A program made the position numbers and the translations under genes. A stretch of DNA of 64,000 nt, taken from Candidatus Pacebacteria bacterium CG_4_9_14_0_2_um_filter_40_15. Its GTDB lineage: Bacteria; Patescibacteriota; Microgenomatia; UBA1400; PJMF01. Shown piece after piece: positions 28,650 through 37,375 of the stretch. The notes under the pieces are model-generated. The model searched no databases and was not told the DNA's origin. It saw nothing but the letters and a program-made list of their open reading frames with translations. Each line of letters begins with the position of its first letter. Position 1 is the first letter of the stretch. Location of the stretch: assembly GCA_002788675.1 (NCBI GenBank), contig PFRS01000008.1:3233-67232 (forward strand), in the 5' to 3' direction.

Positions 28650-30278
28650 ATGTCCGCAAAACAATTACTATTTAGTGACGACGCCCGACAAAAAATGGTT
28701 GCAGGAGTTAACCAACTCGCCGCAGCTGTTACTACAACTTTAGGCCCAAAGGGTCGCAACGTTGCAATCGATAAAGCATGGGGAGCACCTGCCGTTATTC
28801 ATGACGGTGTTTCAGTCGCTAAAGAAATCACCCTTGAAGATAAATTTGAAAACATGGGCGCTCAGCTGGTAAAACAGGCTGCAGAAAAAACAAATGAGGC
28901 AGCTGGAGATGGTACAACCACAGCAACTCTTTTAGCACAACAGATTACCGTTAAAGGTATGAAGTATGTAACCTCTGGAACCAATCCAATGATTATGAAA
29001 AAGGGCATCGACAAAGCAGTTGATGCAGTTGTTGCCGAAATTCGTCGCCTTGCTAAACCAGTTAAGAAATCAGACTGGGCAAAAGTTGCAACCATTTCTG
29101 CTCAAAATGAAGTTATTGGCGCAAAAATTGCTGAAGCACTTGAACTCGTCGGTGAAAATGGCGTTATCGAAGTCGAAGAAGGCAAAACCATGGATATCAC
29201 TATCGAACATAAAGAAGGTATGGTCTTTGATAAAGGCTATGCATCACCTTACTTTGCTGCTGGCAGTGAAACTATGGAAGCCGAAATTAAAGCACCGTAT
29301 ATTCTCGTAACAGATTCAAAGATTACCAGCATGCAAGATCTCGTGCCAATGCTTGAGAAATTCATGAACGTAAGTAAAGACTTGGTAATTATTGCTGACG
29401 ATATTGAAGGTGACGCGCTCACAAACCTCGTAGTTAATAAACTCCGCGGGGTATTTAACGTCTTAGCAGTGAAAGCTCCAGGATTTGGTGATCGTCGTAA
29501 AGCAATGCTTGAAGATATTGCTGTACTCGTAGGTGGCAAATACATTGCCACTGATTTAGGAATGTCTCTTAAAGATGTAGAAGTCGAAGATCTTGGCCGA
29601 GCAGACTCAGTTAAAGCAACCAAAGATACCACCACAATTATTGGTGGAAAGGGTACTAAGGCTGCAGTGAAAGCTCGAGTTGGTCAAATTGACACTGAAA
29701 TAGCTGCGAGTACTTCAGACTTCGATACAGAAAAACTGCAAGAACGTAAAGCTAAGCTTGCTGGCGGTGTTGCCGTAATCCAAGTTGGTGCTGCAACCGA
29801 GTCTGAGATGAAGAACCTTATGGAACGTGTTAAAGATGCAAAAGGTGCTACAACAGCAGCTATTGAAGAAGGTATCATTCCTGGTGGCGGAGTCACATTG
29901 CTTCAAGCTACAAAAGTGCTCGCAAAGCTTAAGGGTGCAAGCCATGATGAACAAATCGGTATCGATCTTATCAAAGAAGTCGCACAGGAACCACTTCGCA
30001 TGCTTGCTCAGAATAGTGGTGAGGATGCCGGATGGGTTGTTCGCACTGTAATAGCAAAAGATGATGCACATTTTGGCTTTAATGCAGTTACCAATGAGTT
30101 TGGTGACATGATTAAAGCTGGTGTGATTGAGCCTGCCAAGGTTGCAACCTCATCTCTGCGAAATGCAGCATCGGTCGCTTCAATGATTTTAACAACAGAA
30201 TGCTTAATTACAGATCTTCCTGAAAAGGATGCACCTGCTTCTGGTGGAATGGGTGGGGGTATGCCGGGGATGATGTAG
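28650..30278 (+). CDS. groL: chaperonin GroEL
   Basis: 542 aa. AAVEEGIIPGGG and C-terminal GGMGGGMPGMM. Confidence 0.97.
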   Translation: MSAKQLLFSDDARQKMVAGVNQLAAAVTTTLGPKGRNVAIDKAWGAPAVIHDGVSVAKEITLEDKFENMGAQLVKQAAEKTNEAAGDGTTTATLLAQQITVKGMKYVTSGTNPMIMKKGIDKAVDAVVAEIRRLAKPVKKSDWAKVATISAQNEVIGAKIAEALELVGENGVIEVEEGKTMDITIEHKEGMVFDKGYASPYFAAGSETMEAEIKAPYILVTDSKITSMQDLVPMLEKFMNVSKDLVIIADDIEGDALTNLVVNKLRGVFNVLAVKAPGFGDRRKAMLEDIAVLVGGKYIATDLGMSLKDVEVEDLGRADSVKATKDTTTIIGGKGTKAAVKARVGQIDTEIAASTSDFDTEKLQERKAKLAGGVAVIQVGAATESEMKNLMERVKDAKGATTAAIEEGIIPGGGVTLLQATKVLAKLKGASHDEQIGIDLIKEVAQEPLRMLAQNSGEDAGWVVRTVIAKDDAHFGFNAVTNEFGDMIKAGVIEPAKVATSSLRNAASVASMILTTECLITDLPEKDAPASGGMGGGMPGMM

Positions 30279-30281
30279 TTC

Positions 30282-30515
30282 GCACATACAGATAGCAAAG
30301 AGACGCTCAGCAACACTTCGCTTCCTGCAGTGTCTCCACGGGGCTCTGTGGTGTCTTCAAGGTAACTTGTCGACACTGCAGAGCCTCTTTGCTATCTGTA
30401 TGTGCTCACTAGAGGATTAAAGATACGTAGAGCAACACTCAGCTGCCTACAGCGTCTCCACGGGCTCTATGGTGTGTTCAAGGTACCTTGTCAACACAGA
30501 AGAGCCTCTTTTTGT
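30282..30515. repeat. tandem pair of about 100-nt structured repeat units (unit 1: 30282-30405 with 21-bp perfect outer stem; unit 2: about 30431-30515, about 80% identical to the core of unit 1)
   Basis: gcacatacagatagcaaagag (30282-30302) pairs perfectly with ctctttgctatctgtatgtgc (30385-30405). Nested inverted repeat ctgcagtgtc / gacactgcag (30325-34 / 30372-81). Palindrome caaggtaacttg / caaggtaccttg present in both units. Shared core ...agcaacac...gtctccacggg(g)ctct(g/a)tggtgt(c/g)ttcaaggta(a/c)cttgtc.acac...agagcctcttt. Confidence 0.55.
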
Positions 30516-30577
30516 ATCTCTTTTGTCTTCACAATGAGTAGTATTAGCTTTTTAATGAGTAGTGATACGAAAAGTAA

Positions 30578-30606
30578 ATGAGCCTGGCATTTTGCCAGGC
30601 TCATTA
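30578..30606 (-). terminator. hairpin aatgagcctggca-tttt-gccaggctcatt, terminator of the M48 protease gene
   Basis: 12-bp stem 10 nt past the minus-strand stop; flanking T/A-rich sequence. Confidence 0.5.
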
Positions 30607-30615
30607 CATATAGAT

Positions 30616-32040
30616 TTATAAAACGAAGAACAGACTGGCAATGCCAGCTGCAACAAAAAGAATTGTTGCAATAGCGCTTGCCGTCAGCAGTAATTTAGTT
30701 AGAGCAGTCTTTTTAACAAGACCAAAACCAACTAAAGCAGCTGCTAAACCACCGACTGGCCAGTATCCAACACCAAGTTGTTTGGCAGTTAAAAGTAATG
30801 TTGCTCCCCCCAGTAGGGCGAGAATGGCCATTACAATAAAGCCAACAACTAATATAACTGCCGGATTTGCATCGGCAGTATTTGGTGAATCAATTGTGAA
30901 AGGATGGGTAACCAATTGGTACACCAATCCAATAAATAAGGGGCCTACCAAATAAAGTGCGGGCAAGCCAAACACACTCAATTGGTCGTTGGGCAGGATG
31001 TGACTAATTCCTAAGAACCAGACAACACCCAAAGCCGCTGTGATCAACCAGAATTCGAGCGTATCTTCAATGAGTCCCTCACTCCCGTTCATTAGGAAGC
31101 GAATCGTCTTTACTCGTGTCACGAGAAGGGGGTGATTCTCAAACAGATTCACAAACTGCCAATAGAGGCCAGTATGTAATTTTTTCTGTTTCGGATGAAG
31201 CATTGCTGTAATTATTACCAAGGCTTCAACTAGTTCTTCACCATACCCGTTAATCACAGCAAACGAATCTGCCATGATTTCTCGTTGACGACTGGCAAAA
31301 TTCACCAATACTGAAATAAAGACTTGTGCAGCCTTTGTGATCAGCCATACATCTAAGTACAGCCTGTATACTGGCAGCGAACTACCGTTATACATCGTCA
31401 CTGCTGCAGGACCTTTGGTGAAGATAGCAATCACACCATACCAGACCGCTAAAAATAGCGCCATTCGGCTTGCTGTTTTAACAGCCGATTGAATGGTGAC
31501 CCCTACCAGGAGTAGGGGCAAGTCATTATTTTTCTGATGGCCAAGCTCATGCAGAGCCACTGCCACTGCTTGACGCGTGTTAAGTGCGCCCAGTAGTTTT
31601 TCAGAAAAAACGACAATCGATTTGTTTATGCCACCTGTGAAGGCAGTAATGCCATCGTCCAGGATCCCAAAAGTGGTATTTTCACCATTTTGAATGATAA
31701 AACTGTTCAAAGTGGTTTCAATACGACTTCTAGGATTGTAATCTCTCATTCCCTTGGTACTTTTGAAGGCATCTTGTGCCTTCGTTGTGCTGTACCAGTT
31801 TACGAAAAAAATAAATATTGCCACATAACTAATTGTATTTCCCCAAAGAGGGATCGTAACCTTGGTTACGAAACCATAGAAGAAAACGATTGTTAAAACC
31901 ACGGCTATTAAACTAAATGCTGTGGCTTGTTTGTGTTTCTTCGAAAAAACTGCGAATAATTGTTTTTTGTTTTTAATCTCATTCGTGTTCAAGAGTTTCT
32001 CTCCTGTGCCAAAGGCACCTAATAAGATGTGCCGAGGCAC
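30616..32040 (-). CDS. polytopic membrane zinc metalloprotease, M48 (HtpX-like) family
   Basis: HELGH zinc motif (ALHELGHQ) and downstream RxxEyxAD-like motif (RQREIMADSFA). Many TM helices. GTG start. Confidence 0.6.
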   Translation of the reverse strand: MPRHILLGAFGTGEKLLNTNEIKNKKQLFAVFSKKHKQATAFSLIAVVLTIVFFYGFVTKVTIPLWGNTISYVAIFIFFVNWYSTTKAQDAFKSTKGMRDYNPRSRIETTLNSFIIQNGENTTFGILDDGITAFTGGINKSIVVFSEKLLGALNTRQAVAVALHELGHQKNNDLPLLLVGVTIQSAVKTASRMALFLAVWYGVIAIFTKGPAAVTMYNGSSLPVYRLYLDVWLITKAAQVFISVLVNFASRQREIMADSFAVINGYGEELVEALVIITAMLHPKQKKLHTGLYWQFVNLFENHPLLVTRVKTIRFLMNGSEGLIEDTLEFWLITAALGVVWFLGISHILPNDQLSVFGLPALYLVGPLFIGLVYQLVTHPFTIDSPNTADANPAVILVVGFIVMAILALLGGATLLLTAKQLGVGYWPVGGLAAALVGFGLVKKTALTKLLLTASAIATILFVAAGIASLFFVL

Positions 32041-32153
32041 GGAAAAAGAAAAATTTAAAATCTATATGTTAAGGATGAGTATTTCGCTACAAAAATTACG
32101 AGCAAAATAACAACCTATAGTATATAACAAAAGGGATGAAAAGTCAATGATTT

Positions 32154-32765
32154 TTAGTCGAGTAGTGAAATGCCAAAGTAATTCATTTTTACAGCATTTT
32201 TTTCAACGCGGTATGAATGATATTCATCGCAAAGACATTGAGTACAGTCGCCATTTACAATTATTTTTAGATTTTCAGCGGGAGAAACAGCGTATGCTTG
32301 TCGCATGTTTTCTGAGATTAAGTTGTAATGGGTATTGTTGTCTCGATCAATTTGATAGCAAGATTCACAAATCGCTGGACCAAACCAAAGCGAAATATCG
32401 GAATGAATATTTTTTTCTTCTTTTAAGTAGGTTAACACTTTTGCAAGCAGTTGCTGCTCGGTGGATTTCCTGCCTGCATGCAGTGCGCCCACAACACCAG
32501 ATGGGTGGTAGAGCAGGATGGGAAGACAGTCCGCTGTTTTAACAGTGAGCAACAGTTCAGGATTGTTGGTGAGTACACCATCTACATGGGGAATGGTTTT
32601 GCTTGGTACTTCAGAAATGAATGTAAAGTTGCTTTTGTGTACCTGTTCCATTGTAACGGGGACTTTTTTGTGGTTTGAGGCAAATGCTTCTATGTCTGTA
32701 AATGATCCCCACTTATTAGTTCTAATGCTAGAGGTCTCATTCTGATTAAAAAAATTGTATTGCAT
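32154..32765 (-). CDS. pgeF: YfiH/PgeF-family (DUF152, laccase-domain) purine nucleoside phosphorylase / peptidoglycan editing factor
   Basis: VKTADCLPILLYHP and GALHAGRKS are the conserved DUF152 motifs. 203 aa. Confidence 0.75.
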   Translation of the reverse strand: MQYNFFNQNETSSIRTNKWGSFTDIEAFASNHKKVPVTMEQVHKSNFTFISEVPSKTIPHVDGVLTNNPELLLTVKTADCLPILLYHPSGVVGALHAGRKSTEQQLLAKVLTYLKEEKNIHSDISLWFGPAICESCYQIDRDNNTHYNLISENMRQAYAVSPAENLKIIVNGDCTQCLCDEYHSYRVEKNAVKMNYFGISLLD

Positions 32766-32844
32766 GTTGTTGTATTGTAACTGAATGATGGAAAAGTGAA
32801 AACGCCCCCTGTAGTAGGGGGCGTAGTAGGCTCTTTATTTTGAA

Positions 32845-33033
32845 TTAGTCTTTCCAGTCTTGATTTGTGTCCTGATTTTCCTTTTGTTTATAAATCAGGC
32901 GCCACCAGTATACGCGATCTCTGGATTCTGCATATCCTGGGTGACTCTTTCCTTTTGGTGGTTTATTACGACCAACAAAGAGTAAAAACAAGAACAAGAG
33001 TGCAAGACCAATCAGTGTGTAGGTAACAAACAT
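32845..33033 (-). CDS. small membrane protein (62 aa)
   Basis: ATG start and one TM helix; otherwise unsupported. Confidence 0.3.
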   Translation of the reverse strand: MFVTYTLIGLALLFLFLLFVGRNKPPKGKSHPGYAESRDRVYWWRLIYKQKENQDTNQDWKD

Positions 33034-33238
33034 TTCAATATTCCTTCAGGGGTGGTCGTGGTGACCGTCCTGATTGAATTGGTTCTGTTCCAAGTTGAAC
33101 AGCAAACTATACACAATATGTACACTTTGCTATTCAACAGTACCTACCTTAAAGAACTTAGACCTATAGTATACAATGACTGAGTAATAAAGTCAATGAG
33201 GTTCTGTTTGAGAGTTAAGATAACTTGGGGAAAAAGTG

Positions 33239-33312
33239 TAGCAAGGGAGAGATTTGAACTCTCGACCTTCGGTTTATGAATCCGATGCTCTAACCAGCTG
33301 AGCTACCTTGCC
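33239..33312 (-). tRNA. tRNA with CAT anticodon (elongator Met or lysidine-modified Ile2); no encoded CCA
   Basis: Reverse complement GGCAAGGTAGCTCAGCTGGTTAGAGCATCGGATTCATAAACCGAAGGTCGAGAGTTCAAATCTCTCCCTTGCTA folds as a cloverleaf: D-arm GCTC/GAGC, anticodon loop TTCATAA, T-arm GAGAG-TTCAAAT-CTCTC, G1-U72. Confidence 0.8.
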
Positions 33313-33378
33313 ACGTATGGTATGTTTATTGCAGTTTTGCAACTGTCATTTCCAACAGAGTCTAATTATATCAGACTT

Positions 33379-33407
33379 TTGACTTCAATAAAGATCTGAT
33401 GTATACT
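33379..33407 (+). promoter_or_regulatory. sigma70-like promoter TTGACT-N17-TATACT upstream of the + strand tRNA
   Basis: Hexamers read from the sequence; tRNA 5' end lies about 33 nt downstream. Confidence 0.35.
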
Positions 33408-33440
33408 AACGCTCTGCTTGGGCAAGGCAGAAACAATACG

Positions 33441-33509
33441 CGCGGGATAGTGTACGGTGCACGTGAGGCTCATAATCTCACAGGCTGGGTTCGACTCCCA
33501 GTCCCGCAA
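33441..33509 (+). tRNA. tRNA with CAT anticodon and initiator-like acceptor end (C1xA72, ...CCCGCAACA)
   Basis: CGCGGGA...TGAGG-CTCATAA-TCTCA...CTGGG-TTCGACT-CCCAG-TCCCGCA-A. The 3' end resembles E. coli tRNAfMet (…CCCCGCAACCA). D-loop is unusually short and the anticodon stem lacks the GGG/CCC pairs, so the initiator call is tentative. Confidence 0.6.
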
Positions 33510-33522
33510 CATAAAAATAAGA

Positions 33523-33548
33523 AAACTCACGAAAGTGGGTTTTTTTAT
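33523..33548 (+). terminator. hairpin actcac-gaaa-gtgggt + T7 directly after the tRNA
   Basis: Read from the sequence; T-run 33540-33547. Confidence 0.5.
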
Positions 33549-33641
33549 TTTTATGTTGTGAATACATGTGAGTTGCTTGGCAAAGCCAAGAGAATCTGAT
33601 CGAGCTTCCGCGAGGGAATGTCCGGAGCATGGGCGGAGGAT

Positions 33642-33655
33642 CCAGTCCCGCAACA
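33642..33655 (+). repeat. direct repeat of the tRNA 3' end (ccagtcccgcaaca, then taaaaat with a 2-nt indel), 130 bp downstream of the intact copy at 33498-33511
   Basis: 14-nt exact match plus flanking similarity. Followed by its own terminator, mirroring the arrangement after the intact tRNA. Confidence 0.5.
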
Positions 33656-33665
33656 ATATAAAAAT

Positions 33666-33692
33666 GAGACGACAAAAGTCGTCTTTTTTTTA
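33666..33692 (+). terminator. hairpin gacgac-aaaa-gtcgtc + T8
   Basis: Read from the sequence. Confidence 0.55.
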
Positions 33693-33853
33693 TAGTGTTA
33701 TGAAGAATTTGAGATTGCTGCGAATCTGGTTCAACACTCATCTTCCTATGCAGATTTTGTCGTTCAACAGCAGTAATAACTATTTGAGCTTGCTCAGTAA
33801 TAATCTTTTCTGCTATTCTGAACAAAGTACTACATATTATATATTTTTTCTCT

Positions 33854-35809
33854 ATGCCAAAAGCCTCTCCCAAGCGAAAGACAACGCTAAGACGATCTCC
33901 AAAAGGATCGTACAAACGGTTTAAGTTATTTACTGTTAAGAACATTCTTATAGCTATTGTTATTGGAATTGTTACTATTGGTGGTGCAGCAGCTTTTGCA
34001 CTTTCACAGATGAATCAAGATGGACGAAGTCAAGCATCTGAAAGTTGTGATGGTTTTGGAAAAAGTGATTGTCAGTCAACTTCTGGATGTAGTTGGAGAG
34101 ATACAGTGTACAAGTGCTCGAATTATGAGGGTGATAGTTGTCCTTCTGAGTGCACAAAAAGAACTGTGACAGAGTGTACAGGTAAATATGCTTGTAGACC
34201 TATCCCGGGTGCACTATGTGATTGTGATACGAATGCATGTAACGAGCATAAGTCAGGTTGTTCACCTAAGCGTGTAACCACCTGTGAAGGTGGCTCATTT
34301 ACACGTTCAAATTCTGGATCTTGCTCTGGTCGTATATCTGGTGGTGGAGGCGGTACAACTCCTCCAGCACCTCCATCAACAGGCGGCGGAGGTGGTACAA
34401 CTCCACCAGCCCCTCCCTCAACTGGTGGAGGCGGTAATTCTGGTGGCGGATCTGGAGGAGGCGGTAACTCCGGCGGTGGAGGAAATTCCGGCGGTGGCGG
34501 TGGAGGCACAAGCAGTGGTTCACAACCAAAAGGGTACTTTGATAATGTAGCAAATAATAAAGCTCAGGGTTGGGCATGTGACCCAGATGATTTTTCAAGG
34601 CCTTTAGATATTCATTTTTATGTAGATGGAACTCCAGGTCAAGGAACGTACATTGGTAAAACAACAGCTACTGTAGGAAGAGAAGCAGGTGTGGGTAATG
34701 AGTGTGGTGGACGTTCTGCCAGTGGTTTTGCATTTGATATTCCAACACAATATCTTTCTACACCAACTGTTCAAAATCGCAAGATATATGCGTATGCAAT
34801 AGATATTGGTCCAGGAGCAAATGCTGAAAGTAACAAGCATTTATCTAAGTCTCCATTATCATTTACTACACAGGTAGTTGATACAACACCTCCAGCAGGA
34901 ACATACAGTGCTGCATGTTCTCCAGCTGCGGGCCAAACAAAGGGTGACTTGCGATACAAACTCGAGGTTTCAGGTACTACTCCAAAGAATATTGGGTCAG
35001 TAGTGTACTTCCTGGGATTCTACGGAAATCAACACAGTAAAGCATTAACTGATGACTTTTTAGGTAAACCTACCTGGTCAGAAACGTGTCATGATCAAGC
35101 ATGGTGTGGATACTGGTTGAAGCAAGTGAATGATCCAAACCCAGGCGCGAATGAAACAATTTCTTGGGTATGGGATGGCAGTCACACAGTTTCATATAAG
35201 GGTGGTGGTGTTGGGCACGGTGTCACAATAAATGAGCTTGCCGACAAGATAGCACAACTCAAAGCTCAAGGGAAACTGCCTGCAAATTATAAATTGGCTG
35301 TGCATGCAGAGTATAGAATGCTGGATGGATCAAAGTATAAGTTTGCTGGGAAAGATACGCAGCTACTCGATATTGTTCCAACTGCTTGCGGAGCTAGCGC
35401 TGGGACTTCAGGTCCTATTCCAGTTTCAATAATGGCACGAGGCACTTTAGCAGGTGGAGCGTATCCAATTATGGAGCTAAGACACTCTGGTACAAAGGTA
35501 GCTAGTTGGTCAGTGACCAATGCATTTAAGAATTACACAGCAGAAATAGCCCCTGGAACAAAAGTATCTGAATTAACAGTAAACTTCGTGAATGATCACT
35601 ATGATTCAAATGCGAAGCAAGATAGAAATCTAGAAGTAGACTATCTTAAGTTTGGCAGTACTGTGTACCAGTCTGAGTCGAGTAACACATTCTCACAAGG
35701 AACATGGGCAAGTGGCAGCTGTGCTCCAGGTAATAAGCAGAGTCAGTGGTTGCACTGTAATGGATTCTTCCAGTATGCAGGATCGGTAGGATTACCTCCA
35801 GCTCCATAA
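33854..35809 (+). CDS. membrane-anchored/secreted Cys-rich protein with Gly/Pro-rich repetitive linker and C-terminal beta-rich (carbohydrate-binding-like) domains
   Basis: 651 aa. Basic N-terminus plus TM anchor. About 100-aa domain with about 20 Cys. Linker GGGGTTPPAPPST x2 and GGGGNSGGG x3. C-terminal region ...RNLEVDYLKFGSTVYQSE... resembles a lectin/CBM beta-sandwich edge strand. Confidence 0.6.
   Translation: MPKASPKRKTTLRRSPKGSYKRFKLFTVKNILIAIVIGIVTIGGAAAFALSQMNQDGRSQASESCDGFGKSDCQSTSGCSWRDTVYKCSNYEGDSCPSECTKRTVTECTGKYACRPIPGALCDCDTNACNEHKSGCSPKRVTTCEGGSFTRSNSGSCSGRISGGGGGTTPPAPPSTGGGGGTTPPAPPSTGGGGNSGGGSGGGGNSGGGGNSGGGGGGTSSGSQPKGYFDNVANNKAQGWACDPDDFSRPLDIHFYVDGTPGQGTYIGKTTATVGREAGVGNECGGRSASGFAFDIPTQYLSTPTVQNRKIYAYAIDIGPGANAESNKHLSKSPLSFTTQVVDTTPPAGTYSAACSPAAGQTKGDLRYKLEVSGTTPKNIGSVVYFLGFYGNQHSKALTDDFLGKPTWSETCHDQAWCGYWLKQVNDPNPGANETISWVWDGSHTVSYKGGGVGHGVTINELADKIAQLKAQGKLPANYKLAVHAEYRMLDGSKYKFAGKDTQLLDIVPTACGASAGTSGPIPVSIMARGTLAGGAYPIMELRHSGTKVASWSVTNAFKNYTAEIAPGTKVSELTVNFVNDHYDSNAKQDRNLEVDYLKFGSTVYQSESSNTFSQGTWASGSCAPGNKQSQWLHCNGFFQYAGSVGLPPAP
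34335..34510 (+). repeat. in-frame tandem DNA repeats (39-nt unit x2, then 27-nt unit x3) encoding Gly/Thr/Pro-rich linker
   Basis: ggtggtggaggcggtacaactcctccagcacctccatcaaca / ggcggcggaggtggtacaactccaccagcccctccctcaact; then ggtggaggcggtaattct-like units. Confidence 0.7.
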
Positions 35810-35832
35810 ATCGTTTGGCAATTGTATATTCA

Positions 35833-35861
35833 AAATACCCCGACATGGTCGGGGTATTTTA
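35833..35861 (+). terminator. rho-independent terminator taccccgac-atg-gtcggggta + TTTT
   Basis: 9-bp GC-rich stem plus T-run after the Cys-rich protein gene. Confidence 0.6.
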
Positions 35862-35897
35862 TTGATATTTTGTGTTTAATCAAGGTCGTAGTAAAAC

Positions 35898-36254
35898 CTA
35901 GAACAGTATTTCAAGCCACTTCTCTTGATTAGATTGTGTCTTTGTGGTTGTTATATCTGTATCGATTACCTCTATTTCTGGTACAGCAAGTTGCACAATG
36001 TACTCACCTTCTTTTTGTAAAAGAAGTTCATCGCGTACAATTCTTTCTTTATATTCTGCACTTTTTGACTGTTCGAGTTCTTCTTGAAGGGACTGCACTT
36101 CTTTGGAAGCCTGGTACGCCTTTTCCTCTAGTACAGCTATCTCTTGAGATGATTGCTCAGTTTTGTTTCCGGTTTGTCTGAGAGAGTAGAAAAACAGTAC
36201 AAATAGAACACTTGCTATGACTAAAGTAATAGGGTGTTCAAGTAGTTTTGTCAT
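35898..36254 (-). CDS. ftsB: septum formation initiator (FtsB/DivIC-like) protein
   Basis: 118 aa. N-terminal TM helix, coiled coil (AVLEEKAYQASKEVQSLQEELEQSK), then ...RIVRDELLLQKEGEYIV, resembling the FtsB C-terminal motif. Confidence 0.5.
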   Translation of the reverse strand: MTKLLEHPITLVIASVLFVLFFYSLRQTGNKTEQSSQEIAVLEEKAYQASKEVQSLQEELEQSKSAEYKERIVRDELLLQKEGEYIVQLAVPEIEVIDTDITTTKTQSNQEKWLEILF

Positions 36255-36404
36255 TGCATGAAATCCGCACTTATGATATTATAAGACTCCTCAGAAAGAT
36301 GTGACAGTTTATAACAATAAATTTTCATTCTTACAACCATTTTCAGAGGACAACCAAAGTATAGCAAAGTATTAACGAAAATAGAAATAAAAGGCACACT
36401 GTTT

Positions 36405-37271
36405 ATGCAAAAGACACTCTCTGATGCTCACGCGCTCTTTACCCAAAATCTTAAGGATTCTGGTAAGGCTCATGCTACCGTGATTGCATATAGTAAAGAT
36501 ATTGAACAACTCGTTGAATTTGTTGGTAAAAAGGGCAAAGGAAACATCGATGAAGTTTCTGATACCGATATTAACGAATTTAAAGAATTGCTCAAAAAGC
36601 AACGTTACACTGGTAAATCTATCTCAAGAAAAATTAATTCAATTAAAGCTTTCTTTAGATTCTGTATTGGTCAAGGAATGATCAACGATAACCCAGCTGA
36701 AGTAATTACACATCCAAAATACGAAATCACTCCACCTCGAGTTCTATCTCGAATTGAGTACCGCGCATTGCGCGATGCTTGCCGAGGAGATGCTCGTATG
36801 TATGCTGTTGTTGAGTTACTGCTTCAAACAGGTATGCGCATTTCTGAATTAGCAGCTCTCCAAATTGGTGAAGTTGACTTCGATCGCAATGTTCTTATCA
36901 TTAAAGCTCAAAACTCTCGTGAAGCACGTAAAGTGCCTCTAAATGAAGCTGGCAAGAACGCGCTCATGGATTACCTCCAAGTTCGCCCACGAGCCCGAGA
37001 AAAGACCGTTTTCCTTACGAAAACATGCCGACCATTCTTGGTTCGCAACATTCGTACCGCCATCGATAGATACTTCCGTTTAGCAGGTATTAAAGAAGCA
37101 AAGGTCAACGACCTTCGCCACACTTTTATAGTTGAACAACTTAAAGCTGGAACGCCACTTGTGTACGTTTCACAATTAGTTGGTCACAAAAGAATTACCA
37201 CTACCGAAAAATATCTCAAGCTTATTGAAGCTCCAGATATGACTCCAAATATTCAAATTGAAGAGTTGTAA
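36405..37271 (+). CDS. xerC: tyrosine site-specific recombinase (XerC/XerD-like)
   Basis: N-terminal SAM-like core-binding domain. Catalytic LLLQTGMRISEL (R), HxLRHTF (LRHTFIV), LVGHKRITTTEKY (H...Y). 288 aa is typical Xer size. Confidence 0.8.
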   Translation: MQKTLSDAHALFTQNLKDSGKAHATVIAYSKDIEQLVEFVGKKGKGNIDEVSDTDINEFKELLKKQRYTGKSISRKINSIKAFFRFCIGQGMINDNPAEVITHPKYEITPPRVLSRIEYRALRDACRGDARMYAVVELLLQTGMRISELAALQIGEVDFDRNVLIIKAQNSREARKVPLNEAGKNALMDYLQVRPRAREKTVFLTKTCRPFLVRNIRTAIDRYFRLAGIKEAKVNDLRHTFIVEQLKAGTPLVYVSQLVGHKRITTTEKYLKLIEAPDMTPNIQIEEL

Positions 37272-37292
37272 TCTTAAAATGAACTAAAGAAA

Positions 37293-37317
37293 AAGGCAGC
37301 CTATGGCTGCCTTTTTT
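37293..37317 (+). terminator. aggcagcc-tat-ggctgcct + T6
   Basis: Read from the sequence, after the recombinase gene. Confidence 0.6.
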
Positions 37318-37329
37318 AGTGGGTGAACA

Positions 37330-37360
37330 AAAAACAGGCCGTGTGATACGGCCTGTTTTT
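37330..37360. terminator. bidirectional hairpin caggccgt-gtgat-acggcctg flanked by A4/T5
   Basis: The A-run on one side and T-run on the other let it serve the convergent minus-strand gene 37376..37711 as well. Confidence 0.55.
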
Positions 37361-37375
37361 ACATTTTAAGAGAAA

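Noticed and set aside
30282-30515. CRISPR array
   Set aside because: Only two units, which differ by about 20%, with no regular spacer and no cas genes anywhere in the window.
32040-32040. ATG start for the M48 protease at 32040
   Set aside because: The codon is GTG. It is kept as the start because no in-frame ATG exists near the N-terminus, but the exact start is uncertain.
33441-33700. Possibility that this region is the tmRNA (ssrA), given smpB is in the window
   Set aside because: The first element folds as a complete cloverleaf with a CAT anticodon loop, which tmRNA lacks. No resume codon or tag ORF (…ALAA) is visible, and the second copy lacks a T-loop.
34123-34664. Minus- and plus-strand ORFs inside the Gly-rich repeat region (for example 34123..34509 -, 34284..34550 +, 34299..34664 -)
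   Set aside because: They are artefacts of the GGN/CCN-rich repeats of the 33854..35809 gene; the translations are Pro/Gly homopolymer-like.
36405-37271. Tyrosine recombinase as the integrase of a tRNA-inserted mobile element
   Set aside because: Size (288 aa), the N-terminal Xer-type core-binding domain and the adjacent core gene (ftsB-like) argue for housekeeping XerC/D. No phage or IS genes, and no second att copy found beyond 33655.
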